Of a stretch of 64,000 nt of DNA, positions 37,335 to 46,429 are shown in pieces. The position numbers and the translations under genes are program-made. The DNA comes from a virus. Taxonomy: Duplodnaviria > Caudoviricetes. How positions within the stretch are numbered: the first letter of the stretch is position 1; the number at the start of each line of letters is the position of its first letter. The notes below the pieces were generated by a model, which made no database searches, was not told the DNA's origin, and worked only from the letters and a program-made list of their open reading frames with translations. Location of the stretch: positions 1 through 64,000 of the IMG/VR virus record IMGVR_UViG_3300002185_000031. One strand, 5' to 3'.

Positions 37335-37532
37335 CTAACCGCCCTCTTTCTCATGTTTTTCTTTCCAATATCGCTCTAAATCATACTGCACGGATGGCAA
37401 AACCCATCCAACTAAAACGCCTTGCTTATATGGCGTGAGCTTTACGAAGTCCCAAGGCAGAACCCCGTACTTTTCGGCGATTTTTTCCATACACATCATC
37501 ATTGCATTAACAGGCTCGCCATCATCTCTCAC
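37335..37532 (-). CDS. Tail assembly chaperone GT extension (-1 frameshift product)
   Basis: In the -1 frame of the upstream chaperone; VLPWDFVKL..GVLVG. Confidence 0.65.
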   Translation of the reverse strand: MRDDGEPVNAMMMCMEKIAEKYGVLPWDFVKLTPYKQGVLVGWVLPSVQYDLERYWKEKHEKEGG

Positions 37533-37540
37533 GCCATATG

Positions 37541-37550
37541 TTAGTTTTTT
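37541..37550 (-). other. Programmed -1 frameshift site A AAA AAC
   Basis: ATA AAA AAC TAA; the -1 frame continues AAA CTA ACA TAT GGC GTG into 37335-37532. Confidence 0.7.
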
Positions 37551-37984
37551 ATCTCTTCGCCGATTTCAAATACTTCATCTTCTTGTTTTTCTGTTGCGGA
37601 ATCAGTAAACTGCTGGATATGGTTATACAGTTGGGTTACTCCATACGCCCCTAAAGCGGTTTTAACAAAATCAACCTTTGATTCTGCACCCGATTCTTGT
37701 ATTTCATCGTCAAGCAAATCAGAAAATTCCAAGGTGCATCTTATCACCATATCAAGCATGATTTCGCCATGCAAGCCCTCGGCATCCAGCCCATCATTAT
37801 CTCTCATAGCATTGCTTATTCTGGCTCTGGCAACGGCAAGCCTTGACATGTCATCATAATTTTGCGGTCGGATGGTAAATGATATTTGCTTGCTTCGGAT
37901 TTCAATTTCAACTTGTTTTGTGGTTTGCTCAAATTGCTTGCCTTCGTTGTAAAGGTCAAGCAATGGGTTTTGTTTTAGTGTCAT
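37541..37984 (-). CDS. Tail assembly chaperone (XkdN-like)
   Basis: Between tube and TMP; FTIRPQ, slippery end. Confidence 0.7.
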   Translation of the reverse strand: MTLKQNPLLDLYNEGKQFEQTTKQVEIEIRSKQISFTIRPQNYDDMSRLAVARARISNAMRDNDGLDAEGLHGEIMLDMVIRCTLEFSDLLDDEIQESGAESKVDFVKTALGAYGVTQLYNHIQQFTDSATEKQEDEVFEIGEEIKN

Positions 37985-38499
37985 TATTGGCTCACTCCTT
38001 GCACGGTTCTAAATTGTTCGAGTAGCACTTTAGCACCAGGCGGGGCAGTCATTACAACGCTCCCTGTTCTTGGCGAAGTGGAATCAGAACTGGAGTTTTC
38101 ATATCCAGTATGCTCCAGCATTTCCCAGCCGTTGTATCTAACCATACGCTGACCATTGAGCCGTGTTGTCTGCTCGTCTCTGGTTGTTATAGTCATAGCG
38201 ATTTCGTTATATATGCCGTTATGCATATCCTCCTCTATCTGCTCCCAGCTGCCGCCGTCTGTGCCTAAAAGATAGGTAAATTCTAAACGATAATGCGTAA
38301 GAGTAGAACGTTCTAAAACCCCCGCTCCTGCAACAGTTACAGATACATTTTGATATTGCGGTGTTATGGTTATATTAGTCATTTCACCGACAATGCGTGC
38401 TGGTCTGCCCTCACGAGTATACTCTGCGATAAATTCAGACTGCCTCACAAAAGTATTGCGTATAGTGCGGTGGAACGGATTTAATTTTTTGATTGCCAT
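37984..38499 (-). CDS. Tail tube protein (XkdM-like)
   Basis: Directly follows the sheath; RIVGEMTNITITP, RYNGW. Confidence 0.65.
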   Translation of the reverse strand: MAIKKLNPFHRTIRNTFVRQSEFIAEYTREGRPARIVGEMTNITITPQYQNVSVTVAGAGVLERSTLTHYRLEFTYLLGTDGGSWEQIEEDMHNGIYNEIAMTITTRDEQTTRLNGQRMVRYNGWEMLEHTGYENSSSDSTSPRTGSVVMTAPPGAKVLLEQFRTVQGVSQ

Positions 38500-38511
38500 T
38501 TTTATCCCCCC

Positions 38512-39951
38512 TTATGCCCAATTTATGCGAATTTTCGCAAATATTGTATCAATGGCATTAACCACATTGAGCGGAATAATCTCCATATCAACCGCTGTAG
38601 GGCTGTTTGCGTTTGGCTCTACGCTGATATGAGATACATCATGCCCGCTAAATTTTTCCTCTGATTCCATAATCGTAATCAGATTATCCATATCACCCTT
38701 GATAAGATTTCGCCCGCGGTCATTATTTGGTGTGCGCCCTTTATGCTGCGTATCAAAAATAATATGCCAGCGTGTCATAAGGTCATGCAAGGTGCGCTTT
38801 GTGCGATTATCCCGCCATTGGATATTTTTTTCCGGTACAAAACTCACGAATGAATTAACATCACGAAGAACTTTGTAACGCCCATCCCAATTTTCTATGA
38901 TAGTAAACAGGCTGCGGTCATCTGCATCTTGTCTCTGTCTCATGTTCAAATCAGGGCGCACACCTGTAACTTGATTAATTACGTCATTGGTTTGACTATG
39001 ATTTGCCGCTGCCCCCGCTGAACGCCCCGCAAAGAGCCTTACAACGTCATCCATTTCAAGCCAATAGTCATTATTTATTTCCAACTCTTGAAAAACAACG
39101 TCTAACTGGTCACTATCCATGCCTGTATCAGGGTTTTCAAACTCACCCGCCACAATTCCATGACGTTCTTCTTGCAAATCTTCATTGAGCTGACGCAACC
39201 ATGAACGAAAAGCCACTCTTGCGGCTGAAAAGCCGTTGTCTTGAGGTGTCATAGCAAGCCCTATAGCGTGCCAGCGTTTTGTGCTTGCCTTGTCTAAAAA
39301 GGCTTGCAAGCGGGTATTATAGGCTGGTATAGTGCCATTATCGCCGCCTTGTAAATTAACTTCGCCTGTTGTAAATTCAACATCTGGGTTGGTTTCGTCA
39401 TATACAGCATCAATCAGCATATTTTCACGCATTAGGGTAGGTAAATGCGCTATGTCATTAATGCGCTGCACATACATCCTCTGCCCCTTGAAAAATGTGG
39501 TTATTGTGTGTGATTCGTCTTGTTTAACTACATTCACATGAATATAATTTCCTGCCGTGCCGCTTTTCTTGGCTCTCCATGTGATATCTCCCTGCACAGC
39601 TTCAGCTTTATCGCCGCCTGTATTTTGAGGAAATATCAAACCCATGCTTGCACCATATGATTGTCCTGCCAAGTTCCCGCTTGCCATGATCATTAAAAGA
39701 CTGCGCTGTGTTGCTTTGGCTCGTTCATCATCTGGGGCTGTCATTGCTGCCGATACTCCTAATTTGGTTATAGCAAAAGCACTTTGCCATTCTCGGCTGT
39801 GGATATCCACAATTTCACCCTCGTTGAACCATGTTAGAGGCATCATGTCTATAACTATGCCTCTATCACTCGGAGGCGCAAAAGGGCGTATTTCGGAGCG
39901 GATATCAAATATTGTGCCGGGTAAGGTTTGGCTTATTGGTATTCTTGCCAT
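38512..39951 (-). CDS. Tail sheath protein (XkdK-like)
   Basis: AKKSGTAGNYI, LQGGDNG, VLRDVNSF, RTLHDL, PNNDRGRNLIKGD; start MARIP at 39951. Confidence 0.9.
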   Translation of the reverse strand: MARIPISQTLPGTIFDIRSEIRPFAPPSDRGIVIDMMPLTWFNEGEIVDIHSREWQSAFAITKLGVSAAMTAPDDERAKATQRSLLMIMASGNLAGQSYGASMGLIFPQNTGGDKAEAVQGDITWRAKKSGTAGNYIHVNVVKQDESHTITTFFKGQRMYVQRINDIAHLPTLMRENMLIDAVYDETNPDVEFTTGEVNLQGGDNGTIPAYNTRLQAFLDKASTKRWHAIGLAMTPQDNGFSAARVAFRSWLRQLNEDLQEERHGIVAGEFENPDTGMDSDQLDVVFQELEINNDYWLEMDDVVRLFAGRSAGAAANHSQTNDVINQVTGVRPDLNMRQRQDADDRSLFTIIENWDGRYKVLRDVNSFVSFVPEKNIQWRDNRTKRTLHDLMTRWHIIFDTQHKGRTPNNDRGRNLIKGDMDNLITIMESEEKFSGHDVSHISVEPNANSPTAVDMEIIPLNVVNAIDTIFAKIRINWA

Positions 39952-39955
39952 TTTA

Positions 39956-40207
39956 TCACTCCTTTTTAAATGTTTTGAAACTATGCCCTGTAAGAGCTTT
40001 GAAAAATTCGTTAATGGTATCAGCATCAAGTAAATCAGCAGGCAAATTCTCACCAACAGCACAGGAACACTTCTCACATGCAGCATCTTCAACTCCCGCC
40101 ATCTCATAAATGAGATTTTGCGCATCAGATAAAAGTTCATTAAGCCGTTCAGCTTTCTCAATCGCAATATCAAGCTCTTTTGTGTCAATCTTAACTTTCA
40201 TTTCCAT
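39956..40207 (-). CDS. Small hypothetical phage protein
   Basis: MEMKVKIDTKELDIAIEKAERLNELL. Confidence 0.5.
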   Translation of the reverse strand: MEMKVKIDTKELDIAIEKAERLNELLSDAQNLIYEMAGVEDAACEKCSCAVGENLPADLLDADTINEFFKALTGHSFKTFKKE

Positions 40208-40220
40208 AATTATCCTCCAA

Positions 40221-40586
40221 TTATCTAACCCACGCTTGGCGCATGGATAAAAAATGCTGTCCATATTTGGTTAATTTCAAACTTGCATAATCCGTAGCGG
40301 GGTTTACTGTATCGCTTACAAAGCTGCGGCTTGCCCCGCCCTCGCTGATACTTGATACTTGCTGACTACCCGCCGCCTCTTCTTCTGCCATCTGTATTAA
40401 TTTCAGCCTATGAGCGGTTAAATACACTACGGCTTGGTCATATAGCTGCCGAAAAGTTGAACGACTGACATAAAGGTGTGTTTCTGTAATCCATTCGCAT
40501 ATTTCGGTATCAGCAATATCCTCAAATTCCCTTGCTATACGCCTAAATGTCGGTAATAGGGGGCATAATGGGTCTGGTATTGGCAT
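40221..40586 (-). CDS. DUF4054-like head-tail connector
   Basis: FRRIAREF, YDQAVVYLTAH, SISEGGASRSF, LTKYGQHF. Confidence 0.85.
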   Translation of the reverse strand: MPIPDPLCPLLPTFRRIAREFEDIADTEICEWITETHLYVSRSTFRQLYDQAVVYLTAHRLKLIQMAEEEAAGSQQVSSISEGGASRSFVSDTVNPATDYASLKLTKYGQHFLSMRQAWVR

Positions 40587-40596
40587 AATATCCCTC

Positions 40597-41541
40597 CTAA
40601 TCTTCGATATAGGGCATATTTATACATCTGCATCCCCAATCGCCCTCATCAGGCGCATGTCCACCAGGCCATATATCCTGCCCATCTTTACCTGCTCCTT
40701 TTGCGCCTTCTGCCCAGCTGAAAACTCTACCATGCAATCGTGCGTGGCTTGGACGGACGGCGTTATCTTCCATGGTTAGCCAGACAAACGAATCAATCCC
40801 TAAATTGGTCTGTCGAACCTCACACAAAACCTGATACATCTCATAAGTTTGGTCAACAGCAATGTTTTCAGCTCGTCTTTGTGCTATTTGATAGCACTCA
40901 TTAACCAAAGCCCCTATTGCGATAAGACCAGCCCCAACCCTCACAGCATCCATAATTCTATCTCTCACACGACTGCCATATTCAGGTGCAATAGTTTCAG
41001 GCAGAAAATCAAGATTATTTTTCTCATACTCATAAACAATCTGCTCTACACCCTCATTGAGATTATACAAATCAGGCAAAACTCCTGTTTGCTCCAAAAT
41101 TTCAGTCAGTAAAATGCGCCGCTGAATCTCGCTCATTGTCTCGGTAAACTGCCTAACCACATCAGCTATGACTATTGGCTGCCATAGTTCTTCAATAGCC
41201 AGCATTGCAGTTTCAATTTCAACTTCAATCATGCTAGTATAGCGTTCGAGTAGGCGGCGCATTTCACGACTGGAATTTATTGCTAATTTCTTTTTGCGGG
41301 TATCATACTCACGAATAAGCGGTACAATCTTATCATGATATGCCGCCATCATAATCTGATGCATCTGGCGGCATATACGCCTTAAAGATTTACCGTATTC
41401 ATTCTGTATCTTCTCCAATGGGCTGTACAACCTCTGTAGATAGGCTCGTTCTACCTCCACGCTTTTTCTGTGCAGGCTCATTTTCTTGTGTCTCTTGCTC
41501 TGTATGAGAGGTAACATGCTCATCCCCTCCATCATCTTCAA
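40597..41541 (-). CDS. MuF/SPP1 gp7-like head morphogenesis protein (true start probably later)
   Basis: RAENIAVDQT, WLTMEDNAVRPSHARLHGRVF, WGCRCINMP. Confidence 0.88.
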   Translation of the reverse strand: MKMMEGMSMLPLIQSKRHKKMSLHRKSVEVERAYLQRLYSPLEKIQNEYGKSLRRICRQMHQIMMAAYHDKIVPLIREYDTRKKKLAINSSREMRRLLERYTSMIEVEIETAMLAIEELWQPIVIADVVRQFTETMSEIQRRILLTEILEQTGVLPDLYNLNEGVEQIVYEYEKNNLDFLPETIAPEYGSRVRDRIMDAVRVGAGLIAIGALVNECYQIAQRRAENIAVDQTYEMYQVLCEVRQTNLGIDSFVWLTMEDNAVRPSHARLHGRVFSWAEGAKGAGKDGQDIWPGGHAPDEGDWGCRCINMPYIED

Positions 41542-41788
41542 AATCTAAATCAGGGCGTGGAATAAATTTACCGGGGAAGAGTTGCAATTCCCTATTTGTC
41601 ACGGTTAAAATATCGCCGCTTTTATATTTCACAGTACGCCCTTTTTCAAGTCTTGAATGACTTCCAACTACTGAATATTGCATTAAACCACCTGCCTTAA
41701 TAAACTCTGTAACCCGCCTTGGAGTATCATAAGCAGCGAAAACCGCTTTATCTGCAAAACGCATTACAGGATTGTCAAATTTTTGCAA
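41399..41788 (-). CDS. Hypothetical protein after the MCP
   Basis: KYKSGDILTV..FPGKF, acidic tail. Confidence 0.5.
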   Translation of the reverse strand: MQKFDNPVMRFADKAVFAAYDTPRRVTEFIKAGGLMQYSVVGSHSRLEKGRTVKYKSGDILTVTNRELQLFPGKFIPRPDLDFEDDGGDEHVTSHTEQETQENEPAQKKRGGRTSLSTEVVQPIGEDTE

Positions 41789-41810
41789 TGAATAATTAAA
41801 TGGGCTTTGA

Positions 41811-42866
41811 CTACTGCCCCTGAAAGGATAAGTGGACTACGCCCATCTCACCATCCTGTCTGCGCTTTAATCTCGGTGCGCCCGCTGTAATTATTCTTGC
41901 AATTTCCACCATGCCGCCGCTTGCCTCCCATTCAATAGGAGCAAGAGGGAATCCTTCCGCCCAATCCACGGTGTTTGATTGCATTTGGACTAATATCATA
42001 TTGCCATCATCAAGCAAATCATTTTCTTTAATGGCGTTTATTCTGGTCACGGATTGCATCCAGTCGTTGAGAGTGGCGATAGTGCCGTCTTGGAATCTGC
42101 GGAATAGCTCCACGTCATAACCAGCGGGGATATAGAGATTAAAAGGCCCTCTAAAATGACTTTCTCTTGCACGCCTTAGTGTTTCCAATATCAAAAATTC
42201 GGCATTAGTGCCGCCGCTTAGGTGGGGGGCAAGATTAAAAGGTATGGTTGTATGGTCAACAGTCATTCTGTTGGGGTGGTTGGTGTAGCCATGAACTGCT
42301 TTACCCAAAAACTTACCGTCATAGCCATGCAAAAGCATTTTTTCGCAAGCAATAGCCACTTGGCGGGCTGCCTCGTCCCAGTTTGCAAGGTCTATGTCTG
42401 TACCTTCATTGCGTGTTGCATCCAACATTCTCATGGACATTTCGACATCTTTAAAAATAACAGGGATTGGCACTTCGTCCAGTTCAAAATTTACCAAATC
42501 TCTGTTGCCCTGTCCTGTTACGTCCATAGATACGTTGGCGGGTGACATATCTCCTGCTGTAGACCAACGGCTGATTGTCGAGCCTATACCCGCCAATCTA
42601 TGTACAAGCCCAGCATCTACTAAGTCCATTACAGCAGGCATTTCATATTGAGCAAGCGGGATTATACGTCTATCAACGTCAATCCATTCCTCGGCTGATA
42701 GAAGGGCATTATTGACAATTTGCCCATTTATAACTTGCGCTGGGGTTCTCAAAGAGCGCAAATCCATAATTTTAGTGCGCGGGTCACGTCTGGCATTGCG
42801 GAGCTTACGTCCGCTGCTGCCTCTTAATGTGGTGGGGTTGACTATATTTACTGCAAAATTACTCAT
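41811..42866 (-). CDS. Major capsid protein, linocin M18/encapsulin-like HK97 fold
   Basis: LSAEEWIDVDRRI, VPIPVIFKDVEMSMRMLDATR..IDL, AARQVAIACEKMLLHG, GYTNHP. Confidence 0.85.
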   Translation of the reverse strand: MSNFAVNIVNPTTLRGSSGRKLRNARRDPRTKIMDLRSLRTPAQVINGQIVNNALLSAEEWIDVDRRIIPLAQYEMPAVMDLVDAGLVHRLAGIGSTISRWSTAGDMSPANVSMDVTGQGNRDLVNFELDEVPIPVIFKDVEMSMRMLDATRNEGTDIDLANWDEAARQVAIACEKMLLHGYDGKFLGKAVHGYTNHPNRMTVDHTTIPFNLAPHLSGGTNAEFLILETLRRARESHFRGPFNLYIPAGYDVELFRRFQDGTIATLNDWMQSVTRINAIKENDLLDDGNMILVQMQSNTVDWAEGFPLAPIEWEASGGMVEIARIITAGAPRLKRRQDGEMGVVHLSFQGQ

Positions 42867-43375
42867 TAAAGCACCTCCATAAGAATAAATGTCGGCTTGC
42901 TAGGGTCTGCGGTTGTTGCATCTTCCCTCGCTATGCCGACTGCGTTTGTGTCGTTTCCGACAATGACAAAACCACTGCCATTAGTTGCAGTGGTCAAAAG
43001 CTGTCCTTCACTGATTGCGGCATTGCTTACCACTCTTACATTCACGCTTGCCCCTCTTGCGGGGTAAATAGCAGGAACTTGGTCGCCATCTTTATAGGTT
43101 TCATTTAGTTTATAACCGTTGATTGGTGAGATATTCAGCACCGCAATAGGTAATCTTGTTGCTCCTGTGGGGGCTTCTACTCGGCTTGTTGCGCCTTGAA
43201 AACTACTTGTTGATGGGCTTGAGCCTGTAAATGGCACTACTACGCTGCCGGGGGTTAGTCCATCAGCAGGTGCGCCGTGTAATATAACGTCACGCTCAAT
43301 AGTGCGCTCATGTCCGGGCAGTACATTAATAACATTATATGACGTATTTGCGGTATTGTTTGATATTCTTGGCAT
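42866..43375 (-). CDS. Head decoration/cement protein
   Basis: Between protease and MCP; GQLLTTATNGSG, AVGIARE. Confidence 0.7.
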   Translation of the reverse strand: MPRISNNTANTSYNVINVLPGHERTIERDVILHGAPADGLTPGSVVVPFTGSSPSTSSFQGATSRVEAPTGATRLPIAVLNISPINGYKLNETYKDGDQVPAIYPARGASVNVRVVSNAAISEGQLLTTATNGSGFVIVGNDTNAVGIAREDATTADPSKPTFILMEVL

Positions 43376-45528
43376 TATTTAACCTCCTTAACACGTTTTG
43401 CAAAAGCATCTACTTGAAGCTCCACGCCGTCATCGCTATTATTTTTCAGAGCCGTTTGCATACCTCTGATACCATAATCAGGCGGAGTTTCCGCACCGAT
43501 GCTTGCGACAATGTTTTCTAATTGGTCAAGGTTCATGTTGACAAGATGCTCCTCTTTCCAATTAGCTTTTGATACACTGTTAGTTACGATTGTTGCGATA
43601 AGACTTTTCTTATAGGCCGCCTCTTTTTTGTTGTAAGTACGGATTTTTTCCCGCAATTCGGGGTCGGGGATAGCGTTCACATACTGTTCTGTGGACATTT
43701 TTTTTTGTAAAGGCTGACGGCTGTTTCTTTTAGGCTTGCGGCGTGAAGATTTGCGCTTGTTTGTGCCTAATTTCTTGACAAGCTCATCCTCATCTTCAAA
43801 CTCATAAGACGGGTCTGTCAAGTCCTCTGTGTCCATGTTTTGCGCATATTCTTCTTCGTCATATGCGCTGGTGTCATAACCCATTTCAACAGCTTTTTGC
43901 TTGCAGTATTCGGCAATTTCTTGTAAGGTTTCGATTTGCTCATAGCATTTTTCGATAACCTCGGCAAGATACGCCACCGCTTCTTCTTCTGTTGTAGAAG
44001 TTTCAACATCGTAATCTACTTTTTCAGCGATTTCAATTGTGTCAAGCTCTAAGGCATCATAAGCATGTAGATATTCTACTATGCTATCGGGGTCGTACTG
44101 CTCCAGATACTCATACAATTCAGCGTAATCTTCGTTGTATTCGCCCTCTTCGTTTGAAACAACACGCTTATTTTTTGCAGCTCTGCGCATATCAAGCGTT
44201 TTGTTTGCTGCTGGTGGTGCTTTTTTCTTAAATAGTGGCATTTGTTTGCCCTCCTTTTTTGGTTTTGATGGTGCTGGTTTTTCTTGCTGCGGGGGCTGCT
44301 TATCAATATACTGCCGCCCCATTTCTACTTGCGTTGCAGTGTTGCCTAATTTCACAGTTCCTCTTTTGCGATCAATGATGTATGGCACTTTATACAGCAT
44401 TTTGTCCTTTTCAAAAACCGCAAAATCTTCTGACGTTTCGCTATCAGTATAAATTTCGTTGATAGCTTTGACATCGGGGTGAGTTTGTTTGATTTGGGAC
44501 AGTAATAAGTCAAACGTCATTATTTGGGTCTGCCGTGCATTTTGGCGCGATTTACGTTTTGCCGCAACAAAAGAAGTCTCCCTCTTAACCCGTTTTTCTT
44601 GTCCCATTAGCCTAATTTTGCCTGTTTCTTCGTCAATAACGTAGTCATGGCGGTATAGTTTGGGCGTTACAGGGTAAATTTCTTTACCCTCTGAATCAAA
44701 TTCTCTTTTGCGGTAGACAACAAAAGTAACTCCCGACTCTTCATCGTGCATTTGAGCATCTATCCAGTTAAAATCAGGGTATTTCTCTTTCAAGAGTGAG
44801 TTTAGCACCTCTTGAATGTCGGTTTGAGCGTTGTTTTTTGGTTTTGACTTGCGGGCTTTGCCCAAACTTGGGAATAACTTTACTATTCTTGTCCACATAT
44901 ACTTTGATATGGGAACAGTGCTGCCATCTTCGGTTTGGAGTTTTGGGGGTTTTTGGCGGGAGTTGTTGCGCACGCCGCCGCCATCCTCCCATGAAAATGC
45001 TCCTATGTCGCCCGGTAGAAGTGCAAAATGATTTGGCAAAATGTAGGATTGTATACCTTGATATTCTTCGCCTTGATAACTTCCATGAATCGGAACACCG
45101 TCAATGTTGAAATATCCTGTGCTTACTTCAAGAGGCGGTTCGCCCTTGACGATTGCATTATACGCCGCCTTGTGGTCGGGGCTTTTATCCTTTTTGGATA
45201 TATCAAAGTAGATATGACAGCGCAATCGTTTCTTATCCTCTTCGTACCGAACATTAAAAATGCGCCCTGCCCCATATTTTTCAATCATTTCAGGGCTGTT
45301 GGCGCATACTGGATTACCTTGTTCGTCTACAGGATGATGGACAGTTAGCAGTATACCGTTCCAGCCGTCCGTACTTTTTTTGATTTCGTCAGACGGCAAC
45401 ATTTCTCCATTCAAAACCGCCTCACCAACCATAATAGCGTTAGCGCAAATGTAGTCGATACCGTCTACTGTGGCTTTCCATGTTTTTAGCTTTTCGTTGT
45501 TGACTACTCCTTTAAAATTTAGTTGCAA
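43375..45528 (-). CDS. DUF2213 prohead protease/scaffold protein
   Basis: WNGILLTVHHP, LEVSTGY, PNHFALLP..GAFSWEDGGG; acidic scaffold C-terminus. Confidence 0.85.
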   Translation of the reverse strand: MQLNFKGVVNNEKLKTWKATVDGIDYICANAIMVGEAVLNGEMLPSDEIKKSTDGWNGILLTVHHPVDEQGNPVCANSPEMIEKYGAGRIFNVRYEEDKKRLRCHIYFDISKKDKSPDHKAAYNAIVKGEPPLEVSTGYFNIDGVPIHGSYQGEEYQGIQSYILPNHFALLPGDIGAFSWEDGGGVRNNSRQKPPKLQTEDGSTVPISKYMWTRIVKLFPSLGKARKSKPKNNAQTDIQEVLNSLLKEKYPDFNWIDAQMHDEESGVTFVVYRKREFDSEGKEIYPVTPKLYRHDYVIDEETGKIRLMGQEKRVKRETSFVAAKRKSRQNARQTQIMTFDLLLSQIKQTHPDVKAINEIYTDSETSEDFAVFEKDKMLYKVPYIIDRKRGTVKLGNTATQVEMGRQYIDKQPPQQEKPAPSKPKKEGKQMPLFKKKAPPAANKTLDMRRAAKNKRVVSNEEGEYNEDYAELYEYLEQYDPDSIVEYLHAYDALELDTIEIAEKVDYDVETSTTEEEAVAYLAEVIEKCYEQIETLQEIAEYCKQKAVEMGYDTSAYDEEEYAQNMDTEDLTDPSYEFEDEDELVKKLGTNKRKSSRRKPKRNSRQPLQKKMSTEQYVNAIPDPELREKIRTYNKKEAAYKKSLIATIVTNSVSKANWKEEHLVNMNLDQLENIVASIGAETPPDYGIRGMQTALKNNSDDGVELQVDAFAKRVKEVK

Positions 45529-45547
45529 TTTATCACCACCTTTTTTG

Positions 45548-45580
45548 ATATAAAAAAACCGCCTTTTATGGCGGTTTTAG
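45548..45580 (-). terminator. Intrinsic terminator after the antirepressor moron
   Basis: AACCGCC-ATAAAA-GGCGGTT followed by a T run; near-copy at 47828-47853. Confidence 0.65.
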
Positions 45581-45593
45581 TTTTATGGCTTTT

Positions 45594-46319
45594 TTATATT
45601 ACTAATGCAATTTGCGATAGCAGCAATCGGAATGTTTCCCGTCCTCTGGGAGTTATCAATGTTTGGACACCCGATTTCTCATCTCTCGTCCATTCTTTTA
45701 ACTTGAATACGCCTTTGTTGACATGGGGCATATAGGGCTTTATACTGCCTTTTTCATCTCGATAGATGTATTTGTTTTGGGTCAGCCAATCAATAAAATA
45801 TTTCTGCCCGATTTGGAGTTCTTTGGCAGTATCTCTGAAATTGGTTAAGAGGTTAGTATCTACGAGTTGGTCAAAGTATTCTGCTTTTGGTTTCATTTCT
45901 TGATTTTGCATAGCAAGGCGTTCTTTTTCTTTTTCGGAGGCAACTAGAGCTTCGAGAGCTTCTATGTAGGTTTGGGGGAGTTGGATTTTAGCTTTTAGCT
46001 CCTCTTCCAGTTTATTAATATAAGCAAGTACAGCCTTTCTAACCAACTTACTTTCTCTAACCAGCACTTGTCTTGATTGTGGTAAAGTTAGCTCAAACAT
46101 TGGATACATTTGCCCATTTTGTGGGTGTTTGTAATAGGTCTCCAATAATTCTCGGATACCTATTTCTTCCTCAAACTCGTCACGGATGATATTCAAAAGA
46201 GTATCATGTCGAAGTTCCGATTTACCCTCAATCTCTGCCCGAAACATGTTTATCACTTTGACCAGTTCCAGACTGCTAATCATGCCGCTGCCGTTTGACA
46301 TTTTGATTAATTCGTTCAT
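45594..46319 (-). CDS. Antirepressor (Rha-like N-terminus, KilAC/ANT C-terminus)
   Basis: ISSLELV..RHDTLLNIIRDE; LPQTYIEAL; MKPKAEYFD..NFRDTAKEL..LITPRG. Confidence 0.88.
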   Translation of the reverse strand: MNELIKMSNGSGMISSLELVKVINMFRAEIEGKSELRHDTLLNIIRDEFEEEIGIRELLETYYKHPQNGQMYPMFELTLPQSRQVLVRESKLVRKAVLAYINKLEEELKAKIQLPQTYIEALEALVASEKEKERLAMQNQEMKPKAEYFDQLVDTNLLTNFRDTAKELQIGQKYFIDWLTQNKYIYRDEKGSIKPYMPHVNKGVFKLKEWTRDEKSGVQTLITPRGRETFRLLLSQIALVI

Positions 46320-46329
46320 TTTATTTCCT

Positions 46330-46429
46330 CCAGCATAATGTACTCAAAATCACAAAAACCGCTCTAAAATGCGCCTGCTCGCCAAAGCATGTAGAGACTT
46401 CCTATACCGCAAGAGGTGAAAAATGTCAA
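46330..46429 (-). promoter_or_regulatory. Truncated antirepressor leader with promoter
   Basis: TTGACA-17-TATAGG; retains the GGCGAGCAGG..AGAGCGGTTTT..GAGTA 3' half of the 48.7 kb leader. Confidence 0.55.

Noticed and set aside
39952-40188. N-terminal extension of the sheath ORF
   Set aside because: It overlaps another gene in a different frame; the RBS and family start fit MARIP at 39951.
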